This document shows, one piece after another, positions 1 to 9,379 of a stretch of DNA of 32,027 bases. The DNA is from Halohasta sp. GTDB taxonomy: Archaea > Halobacteriota > Halobacteria > Halobacteriales > Haloferacaceae. The stretch spans positions 1 to 32,027 of the forward strand of contig JAWOEO010000343.1 in the NCBI GenBank assembly GCA_046482755.1, read 5' to 3'. The notes below the pieces were generated by a model, which was given only the letters and a program-made list of their open reading frames with translations, was not told where the DNA came from and ran no database searches. Numbering within the stretch: the first letter of the stretch is position 1; each line of letters opens with the position of its first letter. The translations under genes were made by a program, and so were the position numbers.

Positions 1-912
1 GGTGCGCTCCTCGATCCGCTGGGCGGCGACGAGATCGCCCTGCCGCTCGAAGTAGCTGATCCGTTCCTCCATCAGCCCCTCGATCTCCGCGATCGCTTCT
101 TCGAGGGTGTTGTCCGGGATCGAGTAGTGCTCGGCCGGGTGAATAAGCACCGCAGGCTCAGTCGATTTGACCTCACCGGCGAGCGTGTCGATCTTCAGCA
201 GCCGGTCGATCTCGTCGCCCCAGAACTCCACGCGGACCGCATACCGGCCGTACATCGGGAAGATCTCGACCGTATCGCCGCGGACCCGGAAGGTCCCTTG
301 CGAGAAGTCGACATCGTTGCGCTCGTAGTTGAGATCCACGAGTCGGGCCAGCAGGTCGTCGCGGTCGATCTGCTGGTCGACGCTCAGTTCGAGCGCCAGA
401 TCCCGGTAGACGCCCGGATCACCCAACCCATAAATGGCCGACACCGAGGCGACGACGATCACGTCGTCCCGCGTCAGCAGCGACCGCGTCGCCGAGTGCC
501 GCAGTCGCTCGATCTCCTCGTTGATCGACATATCCTTGTCGATGTAGGTGTCGGTCTGCTCGACGTAGGCTTCGGGTTGGTAGTAGTCGTAGTAGGAGAC
601 GAAGTACTCGACTGCGTTGTCGGGAAGCAGGTTGCGGAACTCCTCGTAGAGTTGGGCCGCCAGCGTCTTGTTGTGGGCCAACACGAGTGTCGGCGCATCG
701 AGTGCCTCGACGACCCACGAGACCGTGTTCGTTTTGCCGGAGCCGGTCACACCAAGCAAGGTTTGTTCGTCCATCCCACCCTCGTAGCCGTCGACTAACC
801 CCTCGATCGCCTCGGGCTGATCGCCCGCCGGCTCGAAGGGCGCGTCGACCGCGAACGGTCGGTCCTCGCCCGGCCGGTCCGGCTGGAGGGGTCCCGACTG
901 CGTATCGCTCAT
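1..912 (-). CDS. uvrB: Excinuclease ABC subunit B (UvrB), 5' part; runs off the window edge
   Basis: Not in the ORF track. Manual translation from ATG at 912 gives [36 protein letters not shown]...[10 protein letters not shown] (Walker A)...[14 protein letters not shown]...[15 protein letters not shown], which are hallmark UvrB motifs. Confidence 0.97.
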   Translation of the reverse strand, partial: MSDTQSGPLQPDRPGEDRPFAVDAPFEPAGDQPEAIEGLVDGYEGGMDEQTLLGVTGSGKTNTVSWVVEALDAPTLVLAHNKTLAAQLYEEFRNLLPDNAVEYFVSYYDYYQPEAYVEQTDTYIDKDMSINEEIERLRHSATRSLLTRDDVIVVASVSAIYGLGDPGVYRDLALELSVDQQIDRDDLLARLVDLNYERNDVDFSQGTFRVRGDTVEIFPMYGRYAVRVEFWGDEIDRLLKIDTLAGEVKSTEPAVLIHPAEHYSIPDNTLEEAIAEIEGLMEERISYFERQGDLVAAQRIEERT

Positions 913-1013
913 TGGCGGGCGTTAGGGGCCGCCATACTTTACGGCCGCGGTGGGGTTGCTGGGAGCGTAATGAACCCCGGCAAATTACTATCCAGCAACA
1001 CGACCGGTCGACC

Positions 1014-2579
1014 GTGACCGTAGGAACCTCGCTCAACTCCGCCATTCGGGTCCTCGCCGACCGGCCGGCGAGCGTGGTGCCCGTCTACCTGCTCGTCGTC
1101 GGCCTCAACGCGGCGACGCGGGTGCCACTGCTCGCCGGTATCGGGACCGTCATCGCCCTGCTGGCGGCCGACGGCCGGCTGCAGGCACTGCTCGATGCGG
1201 TGGAAGCCGTCGACATCGAATCACTGGATCAACAGGACCCCTCCCCCGAGTCGATCCCACCGGAACTCGAAGCCGCCGCCGCGGATCTCGTCTCGCCGGA
1301 GGTGGTCCTCGTGATCGCTGTGGCGGGGCTGGCGTCGCTGGTGGTCGGCCTCGTCGCCAACGGCCTCAGCAGCGCCGCGGCGATCAACGGCATCTACGGC
1401 TGCCTCTACCGCGGTGATGGGGTCGCCGACGCCGTTGTCGGCGTGGGGCGGGACTGGAAGCCCTTCGTCGGGATCGGCCTCGCGCAACTCGGGGTAGTCC
1501 TCGTCGGGGCGGTCCCCGCGGTGCTCGGCGCGAGCCTCTTCGCCGTCTCGCAGCCGGCCGGCATCGCGGCGACGGCCGTCGGTGGGCTCCTCTCGGTCGG
1601 AATCGTCCTCCTCGGGCTGGCAGCGCTGGCGTTCGCCGGCCAGTCGATCGTCGTCGACGGGGTCGGCTTCGGGGGCGCTCTCCGGCGGAGCGTCGGCTTC
1701 CCGTTCCGTCGACCGGTTCCGTTTCTCGCCTATCTGTTGGTCGCCCTCGGCGTCTTCGGCGGCTTGGGTGTGCTCGGTGGCGTCTTCGGCGCGCTCGACG
1801 TCTCGCAGCTCTCGGGAATCGTCGGTCCACTCGCCGCGATTCCCTTCCTCGATGCGTTCAAAACCGCACTGTACGCCGACCGACCGTTCGCGCCGGCCGA
1901 CGCCGCCGAGGGCCGAATCGCGGCGATCGACGCCGCGGAGGCCGACGGGGGTTCCCCGGTCGACTCGGCGGCCCGCCCTTCCTATCGGCACCGGATCACC
2001 GCGGCGTTCCGTGACGGGCTGGCGGCGGTCGGCGGCTTCATCCGCGGGCACCCGGTGCCGATTCTGGCAGCAACGACGCTGTTCAGTCTCGCGGTCGCCG
2101 GCGGCTGGCAGCTCACCGCCGCCTACGCCGTCGACCTCCCCGCCGGCAGCGACCCCGGCGCGGTCTTCGGGACGTTCCCGGCCGGCGTCTTCGTGATGAT
2201 CGCGGCCAACAACTGGCTGGTCTCGGCGACTGCCGTCTACGGCGGGGTCGTCCTCGGGCTCCCGACGGCCGCCGACATGCTGCTCAACGGCTTCATCGTC
2301 GGCGCGCTCGCGGGAGTGGTCGACCCGCTGGCGTTCGCCGCGCTGGTCGCCCCCCACGGCGTAATCGAACTGCCGGCGATCGTCGTCGCCGGCGGGCTCG
2401 GCTTCCATCTCGCGGCGCTCGTGGCGGGCGTCTTCCGCGGCAGTCGGACCTCCGCAGAGCTCGCCGCTGGGCTCCGGATGGCCTACCGCGTGCTGCTGGG
2501 GCTGGCGGTCGTCCTCGTCGTCGCCGCGTTCATCGAGGCGTTCCTGACGCCGCGGGTCGCCGAGGCGATACTAAGCTGA
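1014..2579 (+). CDS. Multi-pass membrane protein with C-terminal stage II sporulation protein M (SpoIIM/DUF95)-like domain
   Basis: C-terminal motifs NNWLVS, LLNGFIVG, APHGVIELPA and AAFIEAFLTP are typical of SpoIIM/DUF95. The start is probably GTG at 1014, because the ORF-track extension overlaps uvrB. Confidence 0.85.
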   Translation: MTVGTSLNSAIRVLADRPASVVPVYLLVVGLNAATRVPLLAGIGTVIALLAADGRLQALLDAVEAVDIESLDQQDPSPESIPPELEAAAADLVSPEVVLVIAVAGLASLVVGLVANGLSSAAAINGIYGCLYRGDGVADAVVGVGRDWKPFVGIGLAQLGVVLVGAVPAVLGASLFAVSQPAGIAATAVGGLLSVGIVLLGLAALAFAGQSIVVDGVGFGGALRRSVGFPFRRPVPFLAYLLVALGVFGGLGVLGGVFGALDVSQLSGIVGPLAAIPFLDAFKTALYADRPFAPADAAEGRIAAIDAAEADGGSPVDSAARPSYRHRITAAFRDGLAAVGGFIRGHPVPILAATTLFSLAVAGGWQLTAAYAVDLPAGSDPGAVFGTFPAGVFVMIAANNWLVSATAVYGGVVLGLPTAADMLLNGFIVGALAGVVDPLAFAALVAPHGVIELPAIVVAGGLGFHLAALVAGVFRGSRTSAELAAGLRMAYRVLLGLAVVLVVAAFIEAFLTPRVAEAILS

Positions 2580-3683
2580 CGGCCCTCGGTCGGTCTCGGC
2601 GGCGTCGGCTGGCTCGGCGGCGTCGGTCGGTTCGGCGGTGCCGGTCGACTCCAAGCCTCCCGGTGGAACCTCCGGCTCGTCGACCCCGACCGGCGGCTGG
2701 TTGGCGGGCTCGAACTCCCGGGAGACGAGGCTGGCGGCCTCGACCAACAGCGCGACAACGAGCGGGCCGACGATGATCCCGATCGCTCCGAGGCTCAGGA
2801 GGCCGCCGACGAAGCCGATGAAGTAGAGGCTCCCGTCGATATCGGCGGTTCGGCTGGCGATCCGGGGCCGGATCAGGAGATCGGGGAGCCACGCGATGAG
2901 CCCGCCGGCGACCAGCGCGACCGCCAGTGCGCCGGCGACGTCTCCGGCGATTAGTCGACCGCCGACGAGCACGACGATCAACAGACTCGGGCCGGCGATC
3001 GGGACGAACTGGAGGATGCCGGCGACCGTCGCAAGCACGATCGGCGAGCCGTAGCCGAACAGGACGAACACCGGCAGCGCGATCAGGAACGTCCCGATCG
3101 CGGTCGCCGCCTGCAGTACGTAGAGCGCGAACAGCGTCTCACGGGCCCGCGTGTGGAGTGCCTCCGCGATGTCGCGGTAGTTCGGCGGCACCACCGTCAG
3201 CACGCTGGAGCGGATGTCCTGCTGGTTGTGGAGCAGCGAGAACACCAACAGCACGAACAGCGTGAGTTTGATCAACAACACGGGCAACGACGAGGCGATG
3301 TCGCCGGCCAACGCGGTCAGCTCCCGACTGACGAGCGTAATGGCATCGGAGACGACGAGTTCGTAGGTAACGCCGGCGATCCCCAGCGGGATCGACTCCG
3401 GTAACCCGCGGATGAGCGCGCTCACCTCGCCGAACCGGACGATCAGCAGATACACCAGCGGGCCGAACAGGGCACCGACGCCGACGACGGCCGTGGCGGT
3501 CACCGCGAGCGTCGACGTGAGCCGGGAGAGTCCGCGGCGCTGGAGCTTCCGGTGGAACGGGACCAACAGGTAGGCGACCGATAACGCGAGAAACACCGTT
3601 CCCAGCACCTCGAAGAGGATGACGGCCGCCAGCGTAGCGATGGCCGCCAGCACGCCCCCAAGCACGTAGAGTCGACGGCTCAT
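2571..3683 (-). CDS. AI-2E family (PerM/UPF0118) transporter
   Basis: 370 aa hydrophobic protein with AYLLVPF near the N-terminus, LQFVPIAGP, LIRPRIA and GGLLSLGAIGIIVGP. Confidence 0.88.
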   Translation of the reverse strand: MSRRLYVLGGVLAAIATLAAVILFEVLGTVFLALSVAYLLVPFHRKLQRRGLSRLTSTLAVTATAVVGVGALFGPLVYLLIVRFGEVSALIRGLPESIPLGIAGVTYELVVSDAITLVSRELTALAGDIASSLPVLLIKLTLFVLLVFSLLHNQQDIRSSVLTVVPPNYRDIAEALHTRARETLFALYVLQAATAIGTFLIALPVFVLFGYGSPIVLATVAGILQFVPIAGPSLLIVVLVGGRLIAGDVAGALAVALVAGGLIAWLPDLLIRPRIASRTADIDGSLYFIGFVGGLLSLGAIGIIVGPLVVALLVEAASLVSREFEPANQPPVGVDEPEVPPGGLESTGTAEPTDAAEPADAAETDRGPSA

Positions 3684-3844
3684 ACGAAATCACGGCAACC
3701 GCCCCACAAAACAGTTCGGCATCCGATGGATTGAGTTGGCAGATCATTCACGATGACACTCACCAATCTCGATATCGTGACTGAAGCGACTCGGAGCCGT
3801 CGACGCACACTGATCGGTCGGCGGAACGCGATGGCTTCAGCGTG

Positions 3845-4798
3845 CTACTGCTCGTCCACAGACGTTTCGTTCCCACCGGTGTCTGTACTGGATTCGTTCC
3901 CGTCAGTACCGTCGGCCTCATCGCCGTCCTCGGAGTCGTCAGTGTCGGTCTCGTTTCCGGCAGCGTCGTCGGCGTCGCTTTCGCCGTCGCCGCTGACCTC
4001 CTCGACGTCGACGTCTTTGCCCGCCACACCGCTCTCGGCGATCACCGGCAGGAGGTTGTACTCGCCGGTGTTGCCTTTCTTGACGACGTTGATGTCGAAG
4101 ACGAAGCTCACCGGCTCGTCGGGGGTGATCTCGAACGGTTTGACGATCTGGAGCTTGCCGCTCGGGATCATGACACCGACACTCTCGCCGTCGACGACGC
4201 CCTCGACGTTGCTGGCGTAGAGTTCGATCTTCGAGTAGCGACCGGCCTCCAGTTCGCCCTCGAAGACGCCGATGGCTTTGTCGCCGACGACCTCGGTGAG
4301 GTCGACGGTCGCGTCATCGAGATCGATCGTGGAGAAGCCGTCGTCTCCGTCCTCCGAGTCGGCTTCCTCGTCGTCCGACTCCGGTGTCGCTGTTTCGTTC
4401 GTCTCGGTTTCGTTTGTCCCGGTTTCGTTTGCCCCGTCGACCTCGGTTTCGTTGGGGACTGTCTCGTTCGTCTCCTCGGATTCGGATTCGTTCGTCGAGT
4501 CGTCGTCCCCGTCGGCTTCGCCGCGGAAGATCCGCGCCCGGTCGAACGAGACGTTCAGCGAGTCGAAATCGTCGATGGCGACCGGCTGGTCGCTGATGAG
4601 CAGTCGGAACGTCCCCGCGGTCGACTCCTCGTCGCTCGTGTCGTCGCTGGTCGTGTCATCCTCGCCAGTCCCGCTGTCGTTCTGGGCCGAACAGCCCGCC
4701 AGCAGCGTCACGCCGAGGCCGGCACCGACGCCGAGAACGTGCCGGCGGTCGACTGTTTGTGAGTCCGTACTGGTTCGATCGGTGGCGTGGTCAGTCAT
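3845..4798 (-). CDS. Tat-exported lipoprotein, DUF4382-like domain, with acidic low-complexity linkers
   Basis: Start ATG 4798. DRRHVL twin-arginine motif, LAGC lipobox, and FRLLISDQP...VDLTE...YSKIEL...PSGKLQI...FVFDI core. The longer 5' extension in the ORF track overlaps the next gene. Confidence 0.82.
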   Translation of the reverse strand: MTDHATDRTSTDSQTVDRRHVLGVGAGLGVTLLAGCSAQNDSGTGEDDTTSDDTSDEESTAGTFRLLISDQPVAIDDFDSLNVSFDRARIFRGEADGDDDSTNESESEETNETVPNETEVDGANETGTNETETNETATPESDDEEADSEDGDDGFSTIDLDDATVDLTEVVGDKAIGVFEGELEAGRYSKIELYASNVEGVVDGESVGVMIPSGKLQIVKPFEITPDEPVSFVFDINVVKKGNTGEYNLLPVIAESGVAGKDVDVEEVSGDGESDADDAAGNETDTDDSEDGDEADGTDGNESSTDTGGNETSVDEQ

Positions 4799-4884
4799 TG
4801 CGTTCCTGTCCAACTGCCGGACACTCGTAATACCCTGAGTTTCTCGCGCCGAATTACGCCCAATTGCCCCGAATTGTCGCCGAG

Positions 4885-5565
4885 TTAGGGAACGACGCCG
4901 ACCGTTAGCAGCGTCCCCCACGTCCGATACCGGTCGACCATCGCCTCGCGGCTCTCCCAGTCGTCGGTCGGGAACGCATCCGCGGGCGGGATCTCGATCT
5001 CCCGATCCGGGATCGTCTCCTGTTCGGCGACGTGGAACCCCGCCTCCCGAAAGGCCGCGCGGTACTGCTCGCGATCCCAGCGGGTCATCTCGATCGAGAT
5101 GTTCTCCTGCCACGCGTGGCTGGCCTCGTTTTCCTCGTAGTAGTTGACCGCACAGTAGAAGGTGCCGCCGGGGCGGATGATCCGTCGCAGCTCTTCGAGG
5201 GTGTGGGCGGGATCGGGGGCATAGTAGAAGGCCTCCATCGAAAAGACGTGGTCGACACTGTCGTCGTCGAACGGCAACGAATCGAAGTCGCCGACGAGGA
5301 AGTCGATCTCGGCGTCGTCGGTGTAGCCCGCGGCATTGCGGGCCATCTCCGGCGAGCCGTCGAGCCCCACGCCGTGGCCGATTTCTGCGGTCTCGCGGAG
5401 TGCCCGGAGCGCGTAGCCGCTGCCACAGCCGAGATCGAGGACTGTCTCCCCAGCCTCGATCGGCATCCGCGCCAGCGCGTGTTTGGCGGTATGCCAGTGG
5501 CGGTCTTCCATCCCCTTGTCCCGGCCGCTTGCGGCCCAACTGTCGAACTCCTCGCGGACGCTCAT
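4885..5565 (-). CDS. Class I SAM-dependent methyltransferase
   Basis: VLDLGCGSG motif I, GLDGSPEM, GDFDSLPF, and ELRRIIRPGG. Confidence 0.92.
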   Translation of the reverse strand: MSVREEFDSWAASGRDKGMEDRHWHTAKHALARMPIEAGETVLDLGCGSGYALRALRETAEIGHGVGLDGSPEMARNAAGYTDDAEIDFLVGDFDSLPFDDDSVDHVFSMEAFYYAPDPAHTLEELRRIIRPGGTFYCAVNYYEENEASHAWQENISIEMTRWDREQYRAAFREAGFHVAEQETIPDREIEIPPADAFPTDDWESREAMVDRYRTWGTLLTVGVVP

Positions 5566-5668
5566 ACGGGATGTGGTCGACGGGCCGCTAAATCGGTTGC
5601 TCTCTGTGACTGTACCGGTCGGATGACACCTTCCGATTTATAGGTATACGGTGACTGGCAGTCGATAT

Positions 5669-6127
5669 ATGGGACCCCGACCACGGCTTCGGCTGGGTGC
5701 TGGTCGACTGCGACCACAGTTCAAACTCGCCGACTCCGCCCAACAGCTCGTCGGTGGCTTTCTCCTCGCAGGGCCGTTCGTGGTCACCGAGGAGGTCTGG
5801 GTGCTCGCGGGCAGTATGAGTGATCTCCAAGGCGCCCTCACCGTCATCCTCGTCGCGCTGATCGGCTATGCCGCCCTCTACCGGGCCGACACCAAACGCG
5901 ATCCGGAGAGTGAACAGCAGGTCGCCGGGGTGCCGGTCCGGTTCATCTCGCTTATGATCGTGTCCTTCGGCTCGGTCACCATCCTCGCACTCGTCTTTGA
6001 TGCCCCCGCAACGTTCCTCGGTCCCGAGCTGTCGACGCCCGTTCTGTTCGAAACCACGTTTAAAGCCATCAGTGTCGGCTCGGTCTTCAGCGTCGTCGGC
6101 GCGGCGACTGCCGACAGCGTCTTTTAA
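5669..6127 (+). CDS. Membrane protein, DUF2391-like
   Basis: QQLVGGFLLAGPFVVTEEVW...FSVVGAATADS with about 4 hydrophobic segments. ATG 5669 lies about 30 nt after TTTATA (5637). Confidence 0.75.
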   Translation: MGPRPRLRLGAGRLRPQFKLADSAQQLVGGFLLAGPFVVTEEVWVLAGSMSDLQGALTVILVALIGYAALYRADTKRDPESEQQVAGVPVRFISLMIVSFGSVTILALVFDAPATFLGPELSTPVLFETTFKAISVGSVFSVVGAATADSVF

Positions 6128-6142
6128 CTAGTCGGCGACTAC

Positions 6143-6457
6143 TTAGAAAAGCCGATGGAGCAGTCGGCCGACGATCCCCGACGGCGGGGGCTGTTGGCCG
6201 TCGCCGTACTCCGTATAGAGATACTCGACGATATCGTCGCTCTCGGCCATGCCCTCGATGTCGTTGGCGTGGTCGACCAACACCGGTACCCCATACTGGC
6301 CACTGATATCGTAGACTGCGGTGCGGTCGCTCCGTGATCGGGGCACGGCGTGGGTTTTGTACGTCAGATCGAGGTCATCGAGCGCCCGCCGAACCTTCTT
6401 GCAGTACGGACACCCCTGTAGGTTGTACAGCTCCAACCGTGGTGATGACGTTGTCAT
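6143..6457 (-). CDS. Glutaredoxin / GST N-terminal domain protein
   Basis: CPYC active site, VPVLVD cis-Pro motif, and ESDDIVEYL. Start ATG 6457. Confidence 0.9.
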   Translation of the reverse strand: MTTSSPRLELYNLQGCPYCKKVRRALDDLDLTYKTHAVPRSRSDRTAVYDISGQYGVPVLVDHANDIEGMAESDDIVEYLYTEYGDGQQPPPSGIVGRLLHRLF

Positions 6458-6555
6458 ACCAGTAGTACAGTCTCGAAACGCGAAATGCTTGTGGGGATCT
6501 GCATGGTTGGCGCACGGTCGACGGTAGAGCGGTGGTAGCAACCGATTACGATCGG

Positions 6556-7137
6556 TTAGAGAACGGCTACTATGACCCCAAACAGGATGAGGACGCCCGT
6601 GATATCACAGAGGTTGGTGACGACCGGGATCGTCGTGTCGTCGGGGTTGTATCCCAGCCGGTAGGATGCTGTCACCGAAACGACGCTCAACACGACCACC
6701 ACTAGCGCCAACAGCATCCCGCTGACCAGCGAGATCGTGAGCACCTCGACGACACTCAGCGAGCCGCCAAGCACCTGTCCGATCGCCCACGCGGCGACCC
6801 CGACGACGCCGAAGACCGTCGCCGCAAGTCCGAACACCGCCCCGGTGTTGGCCCGGATCGCCGGGTTCGACGGCGAGAGTTCGAACGTCCCGAGGTGGAG
6901 TTGGGTCGACAGCCGCGAGCACATGATCGAGGCGAGGTTCCCCGCCGTGCCGATCTGGACCGGCACAAGCACGAGCAGCGAGGGCTGGGTGACGAGCGTC
7001 GACTCGAAGGACTCCAGGACCGAGCCCGAGGCCATCTGGAGCAGCGACAACCCGGCCAACAGCGGCACCATCGTCCGGACCATACTCCGGATCGCCCACT
7101 CGCCATCGGCATCGTTGCCGACGTCGCCGGCGCTCAC
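6556..7137 (-). CDS. MgtE integral-membrane-domain protein (divalent cation transporter), subunit 2
   Basis: LVPVQIGTAGNLAS, SRLSTQLHLG and NPDDTTIPVVTNLCDITG. The GTG start overlaps the upstream TGA (GTGA). Confidence 0.88.
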   Translation of the reverse strand: MSAGDVGNDADGEWAIRSMVRTMVPLLAGLSLLQMASGSVLESFESTLVTQPSLLVLVPVQIGTAGNLASIMCSRLSTQLHLGTFELSPSNPAIRANTGAVFGLAATVFGVVGVAAWAIGQVLGGSLSVVEVLTISLVSGMLLALVVVVLSVVSVTASYRLGYNPDDTTIPVVTNLCDITGVLILFGVIVAVL

Positions 7138-7724
7138 AGGACGGCCCCCGTCACGTAGACGCCGACCAGCAGGAACAGCACGCCGAAGACGTCGCCGAGG
7201 GTGGTCACGACTGGCCCGATGATGTTGTCGGGGTCGAGCCCGCGACGGTAGCCGAGGATGATCACCGAGACGAGCACCGACAACATGAGCACGGCACTCA
7301 GAAACCCGGCGACGACCATGATGCCGACCAGCCGGAGGAGGCTCCCCGACTGGCCGGTCGCCGTCAAGACGCCGAAGGTGACGACCGCGATGAACACCGA
7401 GACGGTCATTCCGTTGATAAAGGAGGCGACGATGGCGTTGCCGAGTCGCTCATCGAGTTCGAAGCGGGGTTCGATGATCCCCTGATGGAGGCCGCTGGAG
7501 ATCCGCGCGCCCAACGAGCCGTAGACGCCGCCGCGAGTGGCCAAGAAGGCCGGCAGGAGCAGTAGGAGTCCGGGGACGCTCTCGATTCCGTTGCGCATGG
7601 TTTCGCTGCCGAGGATCGTGCCGGCGAACAGCCCGGCAACGAGACTGACGACAATCACGGGCAGGGCGTCTCTGTAGACGTCTTTGGCCGTATCCTGTCC
7701 GTACATCCGTCTCGACGTGCGCAT
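7134..7724 (-). CDS. MgtE integral-membrane-domain protein, subunit 1
   Basis: LLPAFLATRGGVYGSLGARISSGLHQG and LDPDNIIGPVVTTLGD. The start could instead be ATG 7706. Confidence 0.88.
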   Translation of the reverse strand: MRTSRRMYGQDTAKDVYRDALPVIVVSLVAGLFAGTILGSETMRNGIESVPGLLLLLPAFLATRGGVYGSLGARISSGLHQGIIEPRFELDERLGNAIVASFINGMTVSVFIAVVTFGVLTATGQSGSLLRLVGIMVVAGFLSAVLMLSVLVSVIILGYRRGLDPDNIIGPVVTTLGDVFGVLFLLVGVYVTGAVL

Positions 7725-7806
7725 GGGACGAATAAAAAGGTGGCTGGCAGGCGGCGAACGGATCGAAGGCCTGTATGATTAAGTTCACCCAGTCGCAGAT
7801 ACGGAT

Positions 7807-8388
7807 ATGGACTACACGTTAGCGATCGAAAACGCACCCGACTCCATTGCGAGCGGGACGGGACTGCTGTTGCTCCATCCGAGCATCGGCGAAACCGACC
7901 GGATCGACACCGACTTCCTGAAGACCGACACCGACCACTTCCTCGTCGTCTCGACGCGCACCACCGCCCGCGAAGTCGAACAGAAGCTCGAACACTACGA
8001 CGTCGACGAGGACCGCGCTGTGATCCTCGATACGCTCTCGGTCGAACGTGGCTACTCCCGCCGCGGGGCCGACGACGTCCACTACGTCTCGTCACCGGAC
8101 GACCTCGACGGCATCGTCGAAAAGACACGGGAGTTCCTGTCGAGCCACGACGGCAAGGTACGGGTCAGCGTCGACTCCCTGACCGAGATGATCTACTACG
8201 CCGACGACGAGGGTGTCTACGAGGCGACCAAACAGCTCCTCGAACTGCTGGCCGACCACGACGCGGTCGGGATCTTCCACCTCTCGAAGGAGGTCCACGA
8301 CCAGTCGACCCTCGATGAGTTCACCGAACTGTTCGACGGTGTCGTCGACCTCGGCGACGACGGCAGCGTGACCGTCGACTTCCAGTAG
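7807..8388 (+). CDS. Hypothetical protein with RecA/KaiC-like alpha/beta pattern, no Walker A
   Basis: Acidic 193 aa protein with RVSVDSLTEM (Walker-B-like strand) and ELFDGVVDL, as in KaiC/DUF835-like domains. TTAAG lies about 27 nt upstream. Confidence 0.7.
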   Translation: MDYTLAIENAPDSIASGTGLLLLHPSIGETDRIDTDFLKTDTDHFLVVSTRTTAREVEQKLEHYDVDEDRAVILDTLSVERGYSRRGADDVHYVSSPDDLDGIVEKTREFLSSHDGKVRVSVDSLTEMIYYADDEGVYEATKQLLELLADHDAVGIFHLSKEVHDQSTLDEFTELFDGVVDLGDDGSVTVDFQ

Positions 8389-8420
8389 AAAGCCGCTACT
8401 AGTTGGTAGTGGCTGCCTAC
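8385..8420. repeat. Two GTAG-N7-CTAC palindromes 21 bp apart (GTAGaaagccgCTAC, GTAGtggctgcCTAC)
   Basis: Read directly at 8385-8399 and 8406-8420. Each includes one of the two convergent TAG stops. Confidence 0.75.
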
Positions 8421-9205
8421 TCGGCGAGTGCCGCTACCGTTTTTTCGGCCCACCGGATCGCGTAGTCAGCCCCATACTCCCGGAAGGCGTCGGTATCGAG
8501 CGCGCTGAACGGCGTCGGAAGATCGAGGTCGTGTTTGATCGCCGAACAGGCGTACTCGGTGGCCTCGGGGAACGTCATCTCGCCGTGGGCAACAGATCCG
8601 GAGAGCTCCTCGAGCCGCGGGTCGAGTCGGTCGCCGGCGTCTGCCCACGTCCCGTAGAGCGGTTCGAACTCGGGGTCGCCGGCCCACGACCGGAACACCT
8701 CACGAGTCTGGAGGCCGACCCAGCCGTCGAACAGCGCGGCGGCGATCTGGTAGACATCGGCCGGTCCGAGCCCGGTCACCTCGGCCAGTTCGGTGTACTG
8801 CGGGCCGAAAAACGGCAGGAAGTGTTCGGGAACCCCGCAGTCGATCTGGACGAACGCCTCGGCGACGAGGAAGTCGAGAAACGCCTCGGGCGTTCCTTCG
8901 GCGCGCTTTTTTAACAGCACTGTCGGCGGCTCGGTCTGGTCGGTCCAGACGACCGTTCCGTCGCCGGGCATACCGATCGTGAATGTCGGGCCCGCGTACC
9001 GTTCGAGCACCGTCGGCGCATCGTCGGGCAGCCACTCGTCGGGATAGCTCGCCGGCTCCAGTGCGTCGACGAACAGCCCGAGATCCTCGGCGACCGCCGG
9101 CGGTAGCGTCTCGAAATCCTGTGCGACATCAAGCACCGTCGACTCCGGAGCGTAGGCTGTCTGAGCCGCCGCGAGCGTCGGCGACAGCGATCGCCTGCTG
9201 AACAT
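8417..9205 (-). CDS. Hypothetical protein (262 aa)
   Basis: Acidic, typical codon usage from ATG 9205 (MFSRRSLSP...). The longer ORF-track N-terminus overlaps the opposite-strand gene. Confidence 0.8.
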   Translation of the reverse strand: MFSRRSLSPTLAAAQTAYAPESTVLDVAQDFETLPPAVAEDLGLFVDALEPASYPDEWLPDDAPTVLERYAGPTFTIGMPGDGTVVWTDQTEPPTVLLKKRAEGTPEAFLDFLVAEAFVQIDCGVPEHFLPFFGPQYTELAEVTGLGPADVYQIAAALFDGWVGLQTREVFRSWAGDPEFEPLYGTWADAGDRLDPRLEELSGSVAHGEMTFPEATEYACSAIKHDLDLPTPFSALDTDAFREYGADYAIRWAEKTVAALAE

Positions 9206-9294
9206 CAGGCGACCACGTACGAGAGGATAATCCCGACCGCCAGCAGCGCCGAGATACCGACCGTCCCCACTACGATCTTGGTAGCTTTGCTCAT
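9205..9294 (-). CDS. 29-aa single-TM microprotein MSKATKIVVGTVGISALLAVGIILSYVVA
   Basis: Manual translation. Its TGA overlaps the downstream ATG (TGATG). A TATA-like TTTATTT lies about 25-29 nt upstream (9317-9323). Confidence 0.75.
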   Translation of the reverse strand: MSKATKIVVGTVGISALLAVGIILSYVVA

Positions 9295-9379
9295 ACCCTA
9301 CGGTTCGGTGGCTCCCAAATAAAGGCTTCAATCTCGGTTCGGCCCCCTGATTTATGCGGGCAGCGACGGTAGGGATGGT

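Noticed and set aside
127-798. 223-aa plus-strand ORF and the many other long antisense or alternate-frame ORFs (e.g. 1221-2408, 9675-11129, 16239-18269, 23085-24224)
   Set aside because: Shadow ORFs of GC-rich genes. They overlap recognisable proteins and have Arg/Ser/Pro-rich or antisense-type composition.
4380-4500. Short tandem GTTTCGTT-like DNA repeats
   Set aside because: They encode the NET peptide repeats of the lipoprotein and are not an independent DNA element.
4799-5539. Apparent 564-aa ORF fusing an Arg-rich N-terminus to the lipoprotein
   Set aside because: The extension is an alternate frame of the methyltransferase gene. The Tat/lipobox signal marks the real start at 4798.
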